DNA from: an uncultured Coriobacteriales bacterium | GTDB lineage: Bacteria; Actinomycetota; Coriobacteriia; Coriobacteriales; UMGS124 | Length of the DNA: 64,000 nt | Direction of reading: 5' to 3' | Assembly (NCBI GenBank): GCA_934654475.1 | Contig: CAKUFZ010000006.1 | Span: 36,189 to 100,188, forward strand | Shown here: positions 1-9,286 of the stretch, piece after piece | Layout of the letters: every line of letters starts with the position of its first letter | Position numbering within the stretch: position 1 is the first letter of the stretch | Translations under genes and position numbers: made by a program | The notes under the pieces: generated by a model | Told to the model about the DNA's origin: nothing | Database searches by the model: none | Seen by the model: only the letters and a program-made list of their open reading frames with translations

Positions 1-433
1 GGACCGCGCCCTCAAAGGTGAAGGGCTTCGTGACGACACCCACGGTCAGGGCGCCCACGTCGTTGCGGGCGATATCGGCCACGACGGGAGCAGCGCCCGT
101 ACCCGTGCCGCCACCCTCGCCGGCGGTGACGAAGACCATGTCGGCGCCCTCGAGGGCAGCCTTGATCTGATCGCGAGACTCCTCGGCGGCGTCGCGGCCG
201 ACCTCGGGCTTGGCGCCAGCGCCCAGGCCCTTGGTGAGGTCGGTGCCGATGTGCACCTTCGTCTCGGCGTCGGAGTTGAGGAGAGCCTGGGCGTCGGTGT
301 TGACAGTCACGAACTCAACACCCTGCACACCGGAGGCAATCATACGGTTCACGGCGTTGCAACCGCCACCGCCCACGCCAACGACCTTGATTACCGCCAT
401 ATAGTTGTTGGTGGCGTCGCCCTGTCCGTACAT
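1..433 (-). CDS. ftsZ: Cell division GTPase FtsZ, N-terminal part (gene runs off window start)
   Basis: Manual reverse translation from the ATG at 433 gives [32 protein letters not shown]...[19 protein letters not shown], which contains the tubulin/FtsZ signature [15 protein letters not shown] lies 5 nt upstream. Position at the end of the dcw cluster fits. Confidence 0.9.
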   Translation of the reverse strand, partial: MYGQGDATNNYMAVIKVVGVGGGGCNAVNRMIASGVQGVEFVTVNTDAQALLNSDAETKVHIGTDLTKGLGAGAKPEVGRDAAEESRDQIKAALEGADMVFVTAGEGGGTGTGAAPVVADIARNDVGALTVGVVTKPFTFEGAV

Positions 434-501
434 CCTGACCTCCATAGTCTTTGTAAACTGTAATGCTCGACTTTACAGTTAGATAGCTCGCATATCATTT
501 T

Positions 502-530
502 ATAATCGCACGCACACCTTAGACTGTCAA
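502..530 (-). promoter_or_regulatory. Candidate sigma-70-type promoter for ftsZ (TTGACA-17 nt-GATTAT)
   Basis: On the minus strand, TTGACA (530-525) and GATTAT (507-502) are separated by 17 nt. They sit in an AT-rich patch between ftsQ and ftsZ. Confidence 0.4.
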
Positions 531-583
531 TGAAGGCCTTGACCTTCTTGACGTTGCCCCAGGTAGCGCACGAGAGAAACACA

Positions 584-1834
584 CTAGCCTAAATCAACCC
601 ACGTCTCGTTGCCTGACTCGTCCACCTTATAGTACCCGTGTACGAGGCTGCCGTCTTCATAGTAATAGTTAACCCACGTTTCACCATCGGACAAATAGTA
701 GCCTCCATTGTACGCCGCGTCCGACGGCACGTCGGAGTCGCTCGTTGCCGTGGATCCATCGGTTGCGGCATCGGTGGAAGACGCAGCGGCGGCATCCGCA
801 GTCGCGTCGCCCGCCTGTGCCTGGTACGGCAGAGCATCGGCCGAGGCGGCCGCGCCGTCTTGGGTGGCAGTACCCTCCGTGAGGCCGCGGTAGGTGGGAT
901 TTGCGGGCGTACGTACGTTGATATAGCTTATCTGGCCCTGGAACTTGTCAAGGATCCCCAGCACCGTCTGCTCCTTGAGAGCGATGTCGTCCGGTGCGCC
1001 CAGCGACACCTTGATGCCATTTGAGAGCACAACAGCGATGGACTCCTTGCTCGTGGCGCAGGCGCTCACGATTTGGTCGCGCAAGGCCAACGAGAATCCC
1101 TCGATGTACTGGATGAGACCGAGAAGCCCTGCGTCGGTGCACTTGTCACCCGCCTGCGGAGAAAGCGCCGCAGACACCTCGCTCACGTACACCACACCGG
1201 CCTGGGCCGCCGCGTCCTTGGCTTGGACGTCATAGGCCTGCACGCCGTTGTCGGCCGTGACAACGGAAAGCTCCACGGGCTCAAGCCATATGCCGTCCGT
1301 CGAAAGCTTCCAGGCGCTTTGCCCGTTTGAGAGCATGACGATCGCGGCAACGCTGCGCTCCTCCACCTCGACGGTAAGCGTGTCGGGAAGGTTGCGCGTC
1401 AGGCGCACCGACTTGATCCAGGGGTTAGCAAGCAGGCGCTTCTCAACGCCGCTCTCGTCGAACCCAAAGAGCGTGGATCCAGCCGGGATAGCGGCAAGCT
1501 CACTCACCTGGGCGCTGCTCACCTGCACGGTGGGCATGACGACGATGCGCCTGATCTGGAAGAGGGGCGACCACACACACACCACGTAGGCAAGGAAGAG
1601 CGCAGCTATCGCGACGATGGAGAGTACGAAGATGCTCTTGCGCCTGTCAAATGACTTGCCCCCCGAGCCGCCCGAACGGCCGCGCGTGCCGGGGCGAGAC
1701 GTTCCTCGCGCAGCTGAAGAGGCGCTGCCCCGTTGCGGCCGACGAGATGAGGTACCCTCTCGAGGGGTTCGGTCGCGCTGTGGCTCACGCGGGGAAGCCG
1801 AGGAACTTGACCTCGGGTCTGAGTTCGACGCCAT
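584..1834 (-). CDS. ftsQ: Cell division protein FtsQ/DivIB-like
   Basis: 416-aa ORF with a Ser/Arg/Gly-rich cytoplasmic N-terminus, a single TM (IFVLSIVAIAALFLAYVVCVW) and a POTRA-like segment (IRRIVVMPTVQVSSAQVSELAAIPAGSTLF). Lies between murB and ftsZ. Confidence 0.8.
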   Translation of the reverse strand: MASNSDPRSSSSASPREPQRDRTPREGTSSRRPQRGSASSAARGTSRPGTRGRSGGSGGKSFDRRKSIFVLSIVAIAALFLAYVVCVWSPLFQIRRIVVMPTVQVSSAQVSELAAIPAGSTLFGFDESGVEKRLLANPWIKSVRLTRNLPDTLTVEVEERSVAAIVMLSNGQSAWKLSTDGIWLEPVELSVVTADNGVQAYDVQAKDAAAQAGVVYVSEVSAALSPQAGDKCTDAGLLGLIQYIEGFSLALRDQIVSACATSKESIAVVLSNGIKVSLGAPDDIALKEQTVLGILDKFQGQISYINVRTPANPTYRGLTEGTATQDGAAASADALPYQAQAGDATADAAAASSTDAATDGSTATSDSDVPSDAAYNGGYYLSDGETWVNYYYEDGSLVHGYYKVDESGNETWVDLG

Positions 1835-2759
1835 GGCGTTTTCTTACCTCCTCGAGTACATGGATGATGACGCGGGCGACATCGGCTGCCGTGGCGCCGC
1901 CCAGGTTGACGATAAAGTTTGCGTGCACGGTCGACACCTCGGCGTTGCCGACCCGGTATCCCTTGAGGCCGCACGCATCGATGAGGCGGGCCGCCTTGAG
2001 GTCTGAAGAGTTGCGGAACACGCTGCCGCATGACGGCAGGTTGAGCGGTTGTGCCGCACGCCGGCGCTGCAGGACCGCCTCCATCGTCTCCTTGACCACG
2101 GCGGCATCCCCGGGGACAAGCTCAAGCACGACCTCAAGGATGATCTCGGTGCCGGGAAGGTCGGTTGCGCGGTAGTACCACGAGATGTCGCTGCGGGCGT
2201 AATGCACAAGGCCCGTACCGGGGCGGAAGACCACGACCTCCGCAATGACGGAGTCCATCCAATGGTTGGCCGTGCCCGCGTTCATCGAGACGGCGCCGCC
2301 CACGGTGCCGGGAATGCCCACTGCAAACTCCAGCCCCGACAGGCCTTTGTCGAACGCTTCGGTCACAACGCGCTGCAGCACCGCACCTGCGCCCACATGC
2401 ATCCGCCCCGTCTCGTCGACGGTGAAACGGCGAAAGTCACGGCCAAGCACGAGGACGGCGCCTTGGTAGCCCTCATCGCTCACGAGCACGTTGGACCCAC
2501 GGCCCATGATGACCCACGGCAAGCGTTCCTGGCCCAATATCTCGACCGCCTGACGGACGTCGGCATAGTCGTCGCAGGTCACGAACAGTGCCGCCGGGCC
2601 GCCGATGCGGTAGCTCGTATGGCGGCTCATACGCTCGTTGGCGGTGACGGTGCCGTGCAGACACCCCTCGAGACGTTCTTGTGCTTCGAGAAGACCCACG
2701 GCACTCCCCCACCTAGACTCGACGACGATACAACGAACGATCCCCCGTAGGGCGTGCAA
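1785..2759 (-). CDS. murB: UDP-N-acetylenolpyruvoylglucosamine reductase MurB
   Basis: Motifs YRIGGPAALFV, GRGSNVLVSD and GSVFRN, plus dcw context. The true start may be the GTG at 2699, which is preceded by GGGGGAG. Confidence 0.85.
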   Translation of the reverse strand: MHALRGIVRCIVVESRWGSAVGLLEAQERLEGCLHGTVTANERMSRHTSYRIGGPAALFVTCDDYADVRQAVEILGQERLPWVIMGRGSNVLVSDEGYQGAVLVLGRDFRRFTVDETGRMHVGAGAVLQRVVTEAFDKGLSGLEFAVGIPGTVGGAVSMNAGTANHWMDSVIAEVVVFRPGTGLVHYARSDISWYYRATDLPGTEIILEVVLELVPGDAAVVKETMEAVLQRRRAAQPLNLPSCGSVFRNSSDLKAARLIDACGLKGYRVGNAEVSTVHANFIVNLGGATAADVARVIIHVLEEVRKRHGVELRPEVKFLGFPA

Positions 2760-2816
2760 GACAACGCGGCCTCAGCCACGCAGCCCTGCACGCCCCGGCA
2801 TGCGTGAATGCGAGAA

Positions 2817-4214
2817 CTATCTCGCCTTGAGGCCCTCGACGATGGCCGGGCCCAGCAGCGTGACGTCGCCGGCGCCCATCGTGATGATGAGGTCGCCGGG
2901 GCGGGCGGTCTTCACCATGTGGTCGACGACGGTGTGGCGGTCGGGCATATAGCTGGCCTGGGCATCGGGGCGATGTGCGAGCACGGCATTGGAGACCGTC
3001 TTGCCCGAGACGCCCGGAATGGGCACCTCGCCGGCAGCGAACACATTGAGGACCACGAGCTCGTCGGCATTGTCGAACGCGGGGCCGAACTCGGCGGCCA
3101 GCGACTCGGTGCGCGAGTAGCGGTGGGGCTGGAACGCGACACGCACGCGCTTGAAGCCAAGGCCCTTGGCTGCGGCAAGCGTGGCCGCGATCTCGGTGGG
3201 ATGGTGGCCGTAGTCGTCGATGACGCGCACGCCGTCCACCTCGCCCACAAGCTCGAAGCGGCGATGCACGCCGGCAAAGCTCGAGATGGCCTGGGCGGCC
3301 TCGTCGCAGGGCAGGCCAAGCACATAGGCAAGCGTCAGCACGGCGGTCGCGTTGAGGCAGTTGTGCAGGCCGGGGTTGTGATCGAGGTGCAGGTTGTACT
3401 CGTGGCCGTCGGGCAGGCGCACGGAGAAGGCGTTGACGCCCTTGCCCTCTTTGGGCGTGCAGACGACATCGTTGCCCTCGCCGAAGCCATAGGTGAGAAC
3501 AGGGCGGCCGCAGGAGCGGGCCAGCTCGGGCACATGGGGGTTCTCACCGCACACGATGACATGGCCATCCTCGGGGACAGAGCCCATGAACTGGACGAAC
3601 GTCTTCTCGATAGCCTCAAGCGAGCCATAGTGGTCGAGGTGGTCGGCCTCGATGTTGGTGACGATGACGACGTTGGGGTCGAGGTTCAAGAACGACCCGT
3701 CGCTCTCGTCGGCCTCGGCGACGAAGTAGGGGCCCTCGCCGGAGTTGCCGTTCGTCTCGTAGCCGTCGATGATGCCGCCGATGAGGAACGTCGGCCTGAG
3801 GTTCATGCGCTCGAGCATCGTGGCGGCCAGCGACGAGGTCGTGGTCTTGCCATGGGTGCCGGCGCAGGCAATCGTGATGGCGTCGCCCGACAAAAACGAC
3901 AGCATCTTGGCGCGGTGCCACACCTCAATACCTAGCTCGCGGGCACGCACAAGCTCGGGGTTGGACTGGGGGATGGCCGTGGAAATGACCACGACATCGG
4001 GCTTGACCTCGTCGATGGTGCGGGCATGGTGGCCCACGAAGACCTCGATGCCCTCCTTCACCAGGGCGCGGGTGTACTTCGAGGCCTTCAGGTCGCTACC
4101 GGTGACATGGAAGCCGCGCTGATGCAGCACGAGCGCAATGCCGGACATGCCGGCGCCGCCGATACCGATGAAATGGACGCGCTCAAAGGGGCGAGCGTTG
4201 GTTTCTTGAGCCAT
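2817..4214 (-). CDS. murC: UDP-N-acetylmuramate--L-alanine ligase MurC
   Basis: HFIGIGGAGMSGIA N-terminus and Mur ligase P-loop AGTHGKTTTSS. 465 aa. Confidence 0.9.
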   Translation of the reverse strand: MAQETNARPFERVHFIGIGGAGMSGIALVLHQRGFHVTGSDLKASKYTRALVKEGIEVFVGHHARTIDEVKPDVVVISTAIPQSNPELVRARELGIEVWHRAKMLSFLSGDAITIACAGTHGKTTTSSLAATMLERMNLRPTFLIGGIIDGYETNGNSGEGPYFVAEADESDGSFLNLDPNVVIVTNIEADHLDHYGSLEAIEKTFVQFMGSVPEDGHVIVCGENPHVPELARSCGRPVLTYGFGEGNDVVCTPKEGKGVNAFSVRLPDGHEYNLHLDHNPGLHNCLNATAVLTLAYVLGLPCDEAAQAISSFAGVHRRFELVGEVDGVRVIDDYGHHPTEIAATLAAAKGLGFKRVRVAFQPHRYSRTESLAAEFGPAFDNADELVVLNVFAAGEVPIPGVSGKTVSNAVLAHRPDAQASYMPDRHTVVDHMVKTARPGDLIITMGAGDVTLLGPAIVEGLKAR

Positions 4215-4312
4215 GATGTCAGACCTTCCTTCGTACTCCCCTTATGCGGGAAGCGATATAGGCAATCCGCCCTATTCTAGCCGCGTTGCACCTGCGGGCA
4301 CAACGAGCAGGA

Positions 4313-5425
4313 CTAACGTGCGACAGCTTCTACAGCATCTGCCAACCGTGCCGTGGCGCCCGAGTAGCCAAGCGCCTCGACGTTGGAACGCATGACCGCA
4401 AGACGCGGGGCGTCGTCAAGCAGCGCCAGGAAGCTGCTCGCAAACTCGGGGGCATCGAGCGCGTCGTCTTCCACGACAACCGCACCGTCGACGTCACTGA
4501 GCAGAAGCGCGTTCTGAGCCTGGTGGTTCTCCGTGGCATACGGATACGGGACCAGCACCGAGGGCACGCCGCGCGCGGCGATCTCGGCGATGGAAGAGGC
4601 ACCGGCGCGCGAGAACACCAGGTCGGCGGCAGCAAGGCACGAGCCCATGTCGTCGATGTAAGGCATGAGGCGCCAGCGGGCGGCCTCGGCGTCGGTGAGC
4701 GCCAAGGCCTGCTTGGTCTGCTCGTAGTCGCGCTTGCCCGCCGCGTGGATAACATAGACGTCAGAACGCCCGAGCAGTTCGGACTTAAGGGCGACGGCGG
4801 CCTGGTTGAGATGCGCGGCACCCAGGCTTCCGCCAAACACAAGCAGCACGCGCGCCTGGGCGGGGATGCCCAATGCGGCACGACCCTCCTCGCGGGTGGG
4901 CGCCAGCACGGACGCCCTCACCGGGTTGCCGACGACCTCGACGCGCGTTGCGGCGCCGAGCTTGCCTTCGAACTTTGCCTGAGAGACGGGATAGGTAAGG
5001 GCGAGCACGGCAGCGTCCTTGGCAAGCGCCTTGTTGGCCATGCCAGGCACGGAATTCTGCTCATGGAGCACCAACGGAACCCCGGCCTTTGCGGCGGCCG
5101 CGGCAAGGGGGAAGCACACGTACGCCCCGAAGCCCACAGCTGCGGCGGGCTTGCCGTCGCGCGCGAACTCGGCGAGCAGGGCCTTGCGGGCACGCTGCAT
5201 CTTGACCAGGGCCGTGACGGCCGTCCAGGGGCGCGACCGGTCGAAGCCGCTGACGTCGAGACCCTCGAACGAGAAGCCCTCCTGCGGCACAAGCGTGGCC
5301 TCCATGCCCTTCTTCGTGCCGTAAAAGCGCACCTCATGGCCGCGGTTGCGCAGCTCATGGGCAAGCGCCAACGCCGGGTTGATATGGCCGGCGGTGCCGC
5401 CGGCCGCAATGGCAAACACGCTCAT
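4313..5425 (-). CDS. murG: Undecaprenyldiphospho-muramoylpentapeptide beta-N-acetylglucosaminyltransferase MurG
   Basis: AAGGTAGHINPALALAHEL N-terminal motif. 370 aa. Overlaps the ftsW stop by 4 nt. Confidence 0.9.
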   Translation of the reverse strand: MSVFAIAAGGTAGHINPALALAHELRNRGHEVRFYGTKKGMEATLVPQEGFSFEGLDVSGFDRSRPWTAVTALVKMQRARKALLAEFARDGKPAAAVGFGAYVCFPLAAAAAKAGVPLVLHEQNSVPGMANKALAKDAAVLALTYPVSQAKFEGKLGAATRVEVVGNPVRASVLAPTREEGRAALGIPAQARVLLVFGGSLGAAHLNQAAVALKSELLGRSDVYVIHAAGKRDYEQTKQALALTDAEAARWRLMPYIDDMGSCLAAADLVFSRAGASSIAEIAARGVPSVLVPYPYATENHQAQNALLLSDVDGAVVVEDDALDAPEFASSFLALLDDAPRLAVMRSNVEALGYSGATARLADAVEAVAR

Positions 5426-6834
5426 CGTCTGCTTCCCTCCTGGCGCCTGGACCGCTCGGCAGCCTCAGGCCCCTGTGACTGTCTTGCCTGTTCCCGTGCG
5501 CCATATTCCTCTTGGTTGCGACCGTCGTCAGGACGCGTACGCACGACCTCGCCCGGCACGCGCAGCGCAGGCCTTGCCGGCACTCTATCTTCCTGATATG
5601 GGCGGCCGCCCTCAACCACCGACATGCGCTGCTTGGCACGAGCGCGCCTGCGCTCGCGACCCTCGCGCACGTCGCGCGCGTTGTCTTGCGCCACGCCCGC
5701 GATGAGACCCGCCATGATGAGACAGGCAAGGACGGATGAGCCGCCGGCCGTGATGAAGGGAAGCGGCCTGCCCGTCAGCGGCAAGATGCCCGTGACGCCC
5801 GCCATGTTGAGAAACGCCTGGAACTCGATGAGCACCGTAAGCGAGGCGGCCAGCAGGCTCGCCGAAAGGTCGCCGCGCTTACGAGCATCAAATGCGATGC
5901 GCAGGCCGCAATACGCAAAGAACACGAACAGCCCGATGAGCATCATGCAGCCCAAGAACCCCAGCTCCTCGCCGATGATGGCAAAGATGTAGTCGTTCTC
6001 GGCCTCGGGTAGGTAGGCGTACTTCTGACGCGACTCGCCCAGGCCCATCCCAAAGAAGCCTCCCGAGGCAAGCGCGCGGAAGCCATGAATCGACTGCCAG
6101 CCGTTGCCGTAATAGTCCGACTCGGGGTCGAGCCAAATGGAGAAGCGCGCAGAGCGATAGCTTGCAATGGAGATGGCCGCAACGACAAACAGGAGGGCCA
6201 CGATGGCAGCCCCCACAAGATAGCGGGGCTTGACGCCAGCCAGATACAGCATGGCAAACAGAGCCACACCGATGATGATGATCGTGCCGAGGTCCTTCTC
6301 GGCAAAAATCAGGCCGAAGGGGACAACGACAGGCAGCAGCAAGCGTATGGCACAAACGGACGGACGTATATCGCCCTGGGCACAGCGCCCCACGTAATGC
6401 GCGCACGCCATGACGATGGTGATCTTTGCGAACTCAGAGGGCTGCAGCGTGAAGTTGCCGATAGGCAGCCAACGCGTGGCGCCGTTTGTGTTCTTGCCCG
6501 CCACAAGCACCAGGATGAGAAGCACGATGGCGAAAGCCGAGAGTCCCACAAGCCACTTGAACTGCATGAACCGGTTTGCGCCCGCATGCATCAGGACACA
6601 GAATGCAACTGTTCCCAATGCCATGTAGATGGCCTGCATCTTGAAGGTATGGTAGCTGTCGCCACCCACCATCACCAGCTCGATGGAGGAAGCCGAGAAC
6701 ACCATCGTGAGACCGAAGACGCACAAAAGCACCGTGGCGACCTCAAGCAAAAAGAGGGGCGACGTCAGGTGGCCAATGGTCCAAAACGTACCGGCGTTAA
6801 CCCTGTGCGACACCTTGGCGCGTGCCTCACTCAT
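5422..6834 (-). CDS. ftsW: SEDS-family peptidoglycan glycosyltransferase FtsW
   Basis: Multi-TM protein with GATRWLPIGNFTLQPSEFAKI. The start was moved to the ATG at 6834 (MSEARAK...), which overlaps the murD stop (ATGAGTGA). The ORF-track extension to 7059 runs inside murD. Confidence 0.85.
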   Translation of the reverse strand: MSEARAKVSHRVNAGTFWTIGHLTSPLFLLEVATVLLCVFGLTMVFSASSIELVMVGGDSYHTFKMQAIYMALGTVAFCVLMHAGANRFMQFKWLVGLSAFAIVLLILVLVAGKNTNGATRWLPIGNFTLQPSEFAKITIVMACAHYVGRCAQGDIRPSVCAIRLLLPVVVPFGLIFAEKDLGTIIIIGVALFAMLYLAGVKPRYLVGAAIVALLFVVAAISIASYRSARFSIWLDPESDYYGNGWQSIHGFRALASGGFFGMGLGESRQKYAYLPEAENDYIFAIIGEELGFLGCMMLIGLFVFFAYCGLRIAFDARKRGDLSASLLAASLTVLIEFQAFLNMAGVTGILPLTGRPLPFITAGGSSVLACLIMAGLIAGVAQDNARDVREGRERRRARAKQRMSVVEGGRPYQEDRVPARPALRVPGEVVRTRPDDGRNQEEYGAREQARQSQGPEAAERSRRQEGSRR

Positions 6835-8251
6835 GCGCGGCCTCGCACACAGCCTCGTTGGCGGCAAGAGCAGCAACCCAGCCCTGGAACACCTCACCGC
6901 GCTGCACATAGCCCGTGAACTCGTCAAACGACGAGCATGCCGGCGAAAGCAGGACCACGTCGCCAGACACGGCAAGCTCGCATGCAGCCTCGAAGGCGTC
7001 GCGCATCTTAGGAACAAGACGCAGCTCGCAGCCAGGATGGGCCAACACCGCCTCTTCAAGCGCGCAATGGATGCGCTGGCCGGCCTCGCCGTAGCACACG
7101 GCCGCCTTGCAGTTCGCGACTACCGTTGAGGCGAGCTCGGACAAATCGGTACCCTTGTCATGGCCGCCCAGCAGCACGACGGCACGGCCCGGCTCGAACG
7201 ACTTGACAGCCTTGATGGTGGCATCGACGTTTGTGCCCTTGGAGTCGTCGAAGAACTCGACGCCGCGTGCCCACCCACAGGGCTCGATGCGGTGCGCCAG
7301 GGGCGCGAAGTCGCGCAGACCCTGGGCGACAGCGGCCTGGTCGGCACCGAGCTCAAGGGCGCATGCCGCTGCTGCCAGGGCATTCTGCACGTTGTGGGGA
7401 CCCTTGATGCGCATGTCGCCGACACCGCAGAGCACATGGTCGCGCCCAGAGAGGCGCACGACGAGCAGGCCCTGGGCATCGACCCAGGCAGCGTCGGTCT
7501 CGTCGGCAAGCGGCTCGCGCCCCAGTACGGCAACGCGCACGCCGCGGGCACGCAGGCGCTCCCCTACCGCCTGGCACGTCTCGTCGTCGCCGAGCACGGC
7601 GAGGTCGTCGCCGGCCATGTTGGCGAAAAGCTTCTCCTTGGCCTGGGCGTAAGCCTCAAGGCTGCCGTGCCACTCCACATGGTCGGGCGTGACATTGAGC
7701 AACACGCCCACATGCGGGGCAAACTGCTTAGAACTCTCAAGCTGGAAGCTGGACAGCTCGGCGACAAACACCTCGTCGGCAGCGCGGTCTTCCACACAGG
7801 CAATAGGCGGCAGGCCGATGTTGCCCACCGTGCGGGCGGCCATGCCGGCAGCACGCAAAAGCTCACATGCTAGCGTCGTCGTGGTTGTCTTGCCGTTCGT
7901 GCCCGTGATGCCCACCCAATGCTGCGGGCTCACACGCCAGGCCAACTCGGGCTCGCTGATGAGCTCGGCGCAGTGCGCGAGGCCCGAACGGTAGAAGCCG
8001 CCCGTGCAAGGAATGCCGGGGCTCACAACGCCCAGGTCAAAGTCGCGGGAAAGCTCCTCGGAGCCAACCTCGATGCGCACGCCCATCTCCTCGAGCTCGC
8101 ACGCCTTGACCTTCTGGGCCTCGCTCAGCGAGGGCACCACGAGCGTGACCGAGTCGACATGGCTCGGCTTGTGTGCGGCGAGATAGCGTGCAGCGGCCTC
8201 GGTGGAAGCGCCGAGGCCGAGCAAGACGATATTGCCTGTAGGTTCAAACAT
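6827..8251 (-). CDS. murD: UDP-N-acetylmuramoylalanine--D-glutamate ligase MurD
   Basis: GITGTNGKTTTTTL P-loop, 474 aa, dcw context. Confidence 0.9.
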   Translation of the reverse strand: MFEPTGNIVLLGLGASTEAAARYLAAHKPSHVDSVTLVVPSLSEAQKVKACELEEMGVRIEVGSEELSRDFDLGVVSPGIPCTGGFYRSGLAHCAELISEPELAWRVSPQHWVGITGTNGKTTTTTLACELLRAAGMAARTVGNIGLPPIACVEDRAADEVFVAELSSFQLESSKQFAPHVGVLLNVTPDHVEWHGSLEAYAQAKEKLFANMAGDDLAVLGDDETCQAVGERLRARGVRVAVLGREPLADETDAAWVDAQGLLVVRLSGRDHVLCGVGDMRIKGPHNVQNALAAAACALELGADQAAVAQGLRDFAPLAHRIEPCGWARGVEFFDDSKGTNVDATIKAVKSFEPGRAVVLLGGHDKGTDLSELASTVVANCKAAVCYGEAGQRIHCALEEAVLAHPGCELRLVPKMRDAFEAACELAVSGDVVLLSPACSSFDEFTGYVQRGEVFQGWVAALAANEAVCEAAHE

Positions 8252-8263
8252 GGGAAGATCCCC

Positions 8264-9286
8264 TTACCCGATGGTCTGGAAGTACAGCGCAAATCCCAGC
8301 GCGGCGCATGCGGCGCTGATGATCCAGAACCTCGTGACGACTTTCGTCTCCGCCCAACCCTTCTTCTCGAAGTGATGGTGCAGGGGCGCCATAAGGAACA
8401 CGCGCTTGTGGGTGAGCTTGAAGCTTGCCACCTGGATGATGACGCTCATGACCTCGACGATGAAGATGCCGCCGATCACGATGGAAGCGACCTCGCTCTT
8501 GGTAAGCACCGCGATGGCGGCAAAGGCCGTGCCCAGGGCGAGAGAGCCGGTATCGCCCATGAAGATGGACGCCGGATAGCAGTTGAACCACAGAAAGCCG
8601 ATGCACGCGCCCACACACGCAAAGGCAAAAACCGACAGGCCGAGGTTGCCCTGGGCAAACGCCACCATGCCCATGACGCCCAGGGTCACTGCCGAGCAGC
8701 CGCCGCACAGACCGTCAAGGCCGTCGTTGAGGTTGACGGCGTTGGAGAAGCCCGCCATAAGCAGGTAGACGAACACGAGGTAGAGCCAAGGCACCTGCAC
8801 GCCGGCAACCGTGGTGGTAAGAACGCCCAGGTCGATGTCGACCAGGCCGAAGAGACTCACGACCGGCGACACGCCGGCCACGTTGACGGCCGCAAGCGTG
8901 AAGATGATGACGATAAGCGCCTGGCCGATAAGCTTGGCGGAAGGCGTGAGGCCAAGCGAGCGCTTATGGGCCACCGACTCGAAGTCATCAGCAAAGCCCA
9001 GAAGGCCGGTGAGGACGGTTGCGAGCATCGCAAGTGCAAGCGGGGCGTTCATCGGAGCCAGCACGAGCGTCGTCACAATGACGGCAGTGAGGATGACGAC
9101 ACCGCCCATGGTGGGCGTGCCCTGCTTCTGCAGGTGGCGCTGCGGTCCGTCGGCCCTGATCTGCTGGCCAATCTTGTTGCGACGCAACAGCTTGATCCAG
9201 CCGGGCATGAGGACGCACACAATCGCCGCCGCCACAAAGATCGCGACGAAAATTACGTAGCTCGGGTAGTTAGATGCTATGCCCAT
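8264..9286 (-). CDS. mraY: Phospho-N-acetylmuramoyl-pentapeptide transferase MraY
   Basis: KQGTPTMGGVVIL and NAVNLNDGLDGL motifs. 10-TM-type profile. Confidence 0.95.
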   Translation of the reverse strand: MGIASNYPSYVIFVAIFVAAAIVCVLMPGWIKLLRRNKIGQQIRADGPQRHLQKQGTPTMGGVVILTAVIVTTLVLAPMNAPLALAMLATVLTGLLGFADDFESVAHKRSLGLTPSAKLIGQALIVIIFTLAAVNVAGVSPVVSLFGLVDIDLGVLTTTVAGVQVPWLYLVFVYLLMAGFSNAVNLNDGLDGLCGGCSAVTLGVMGMVAFAQGNLGLSVFAFACVGACIGFLWFNCYPASIFMGDTGSLALGTAFAAIAVLTKSEVASIVIGGIFIVEVMSVIIQVASFKLTHKRVFLMAPLHHHFEKKGWAETKVVTRFWIISAACAALGFALYFQTIG

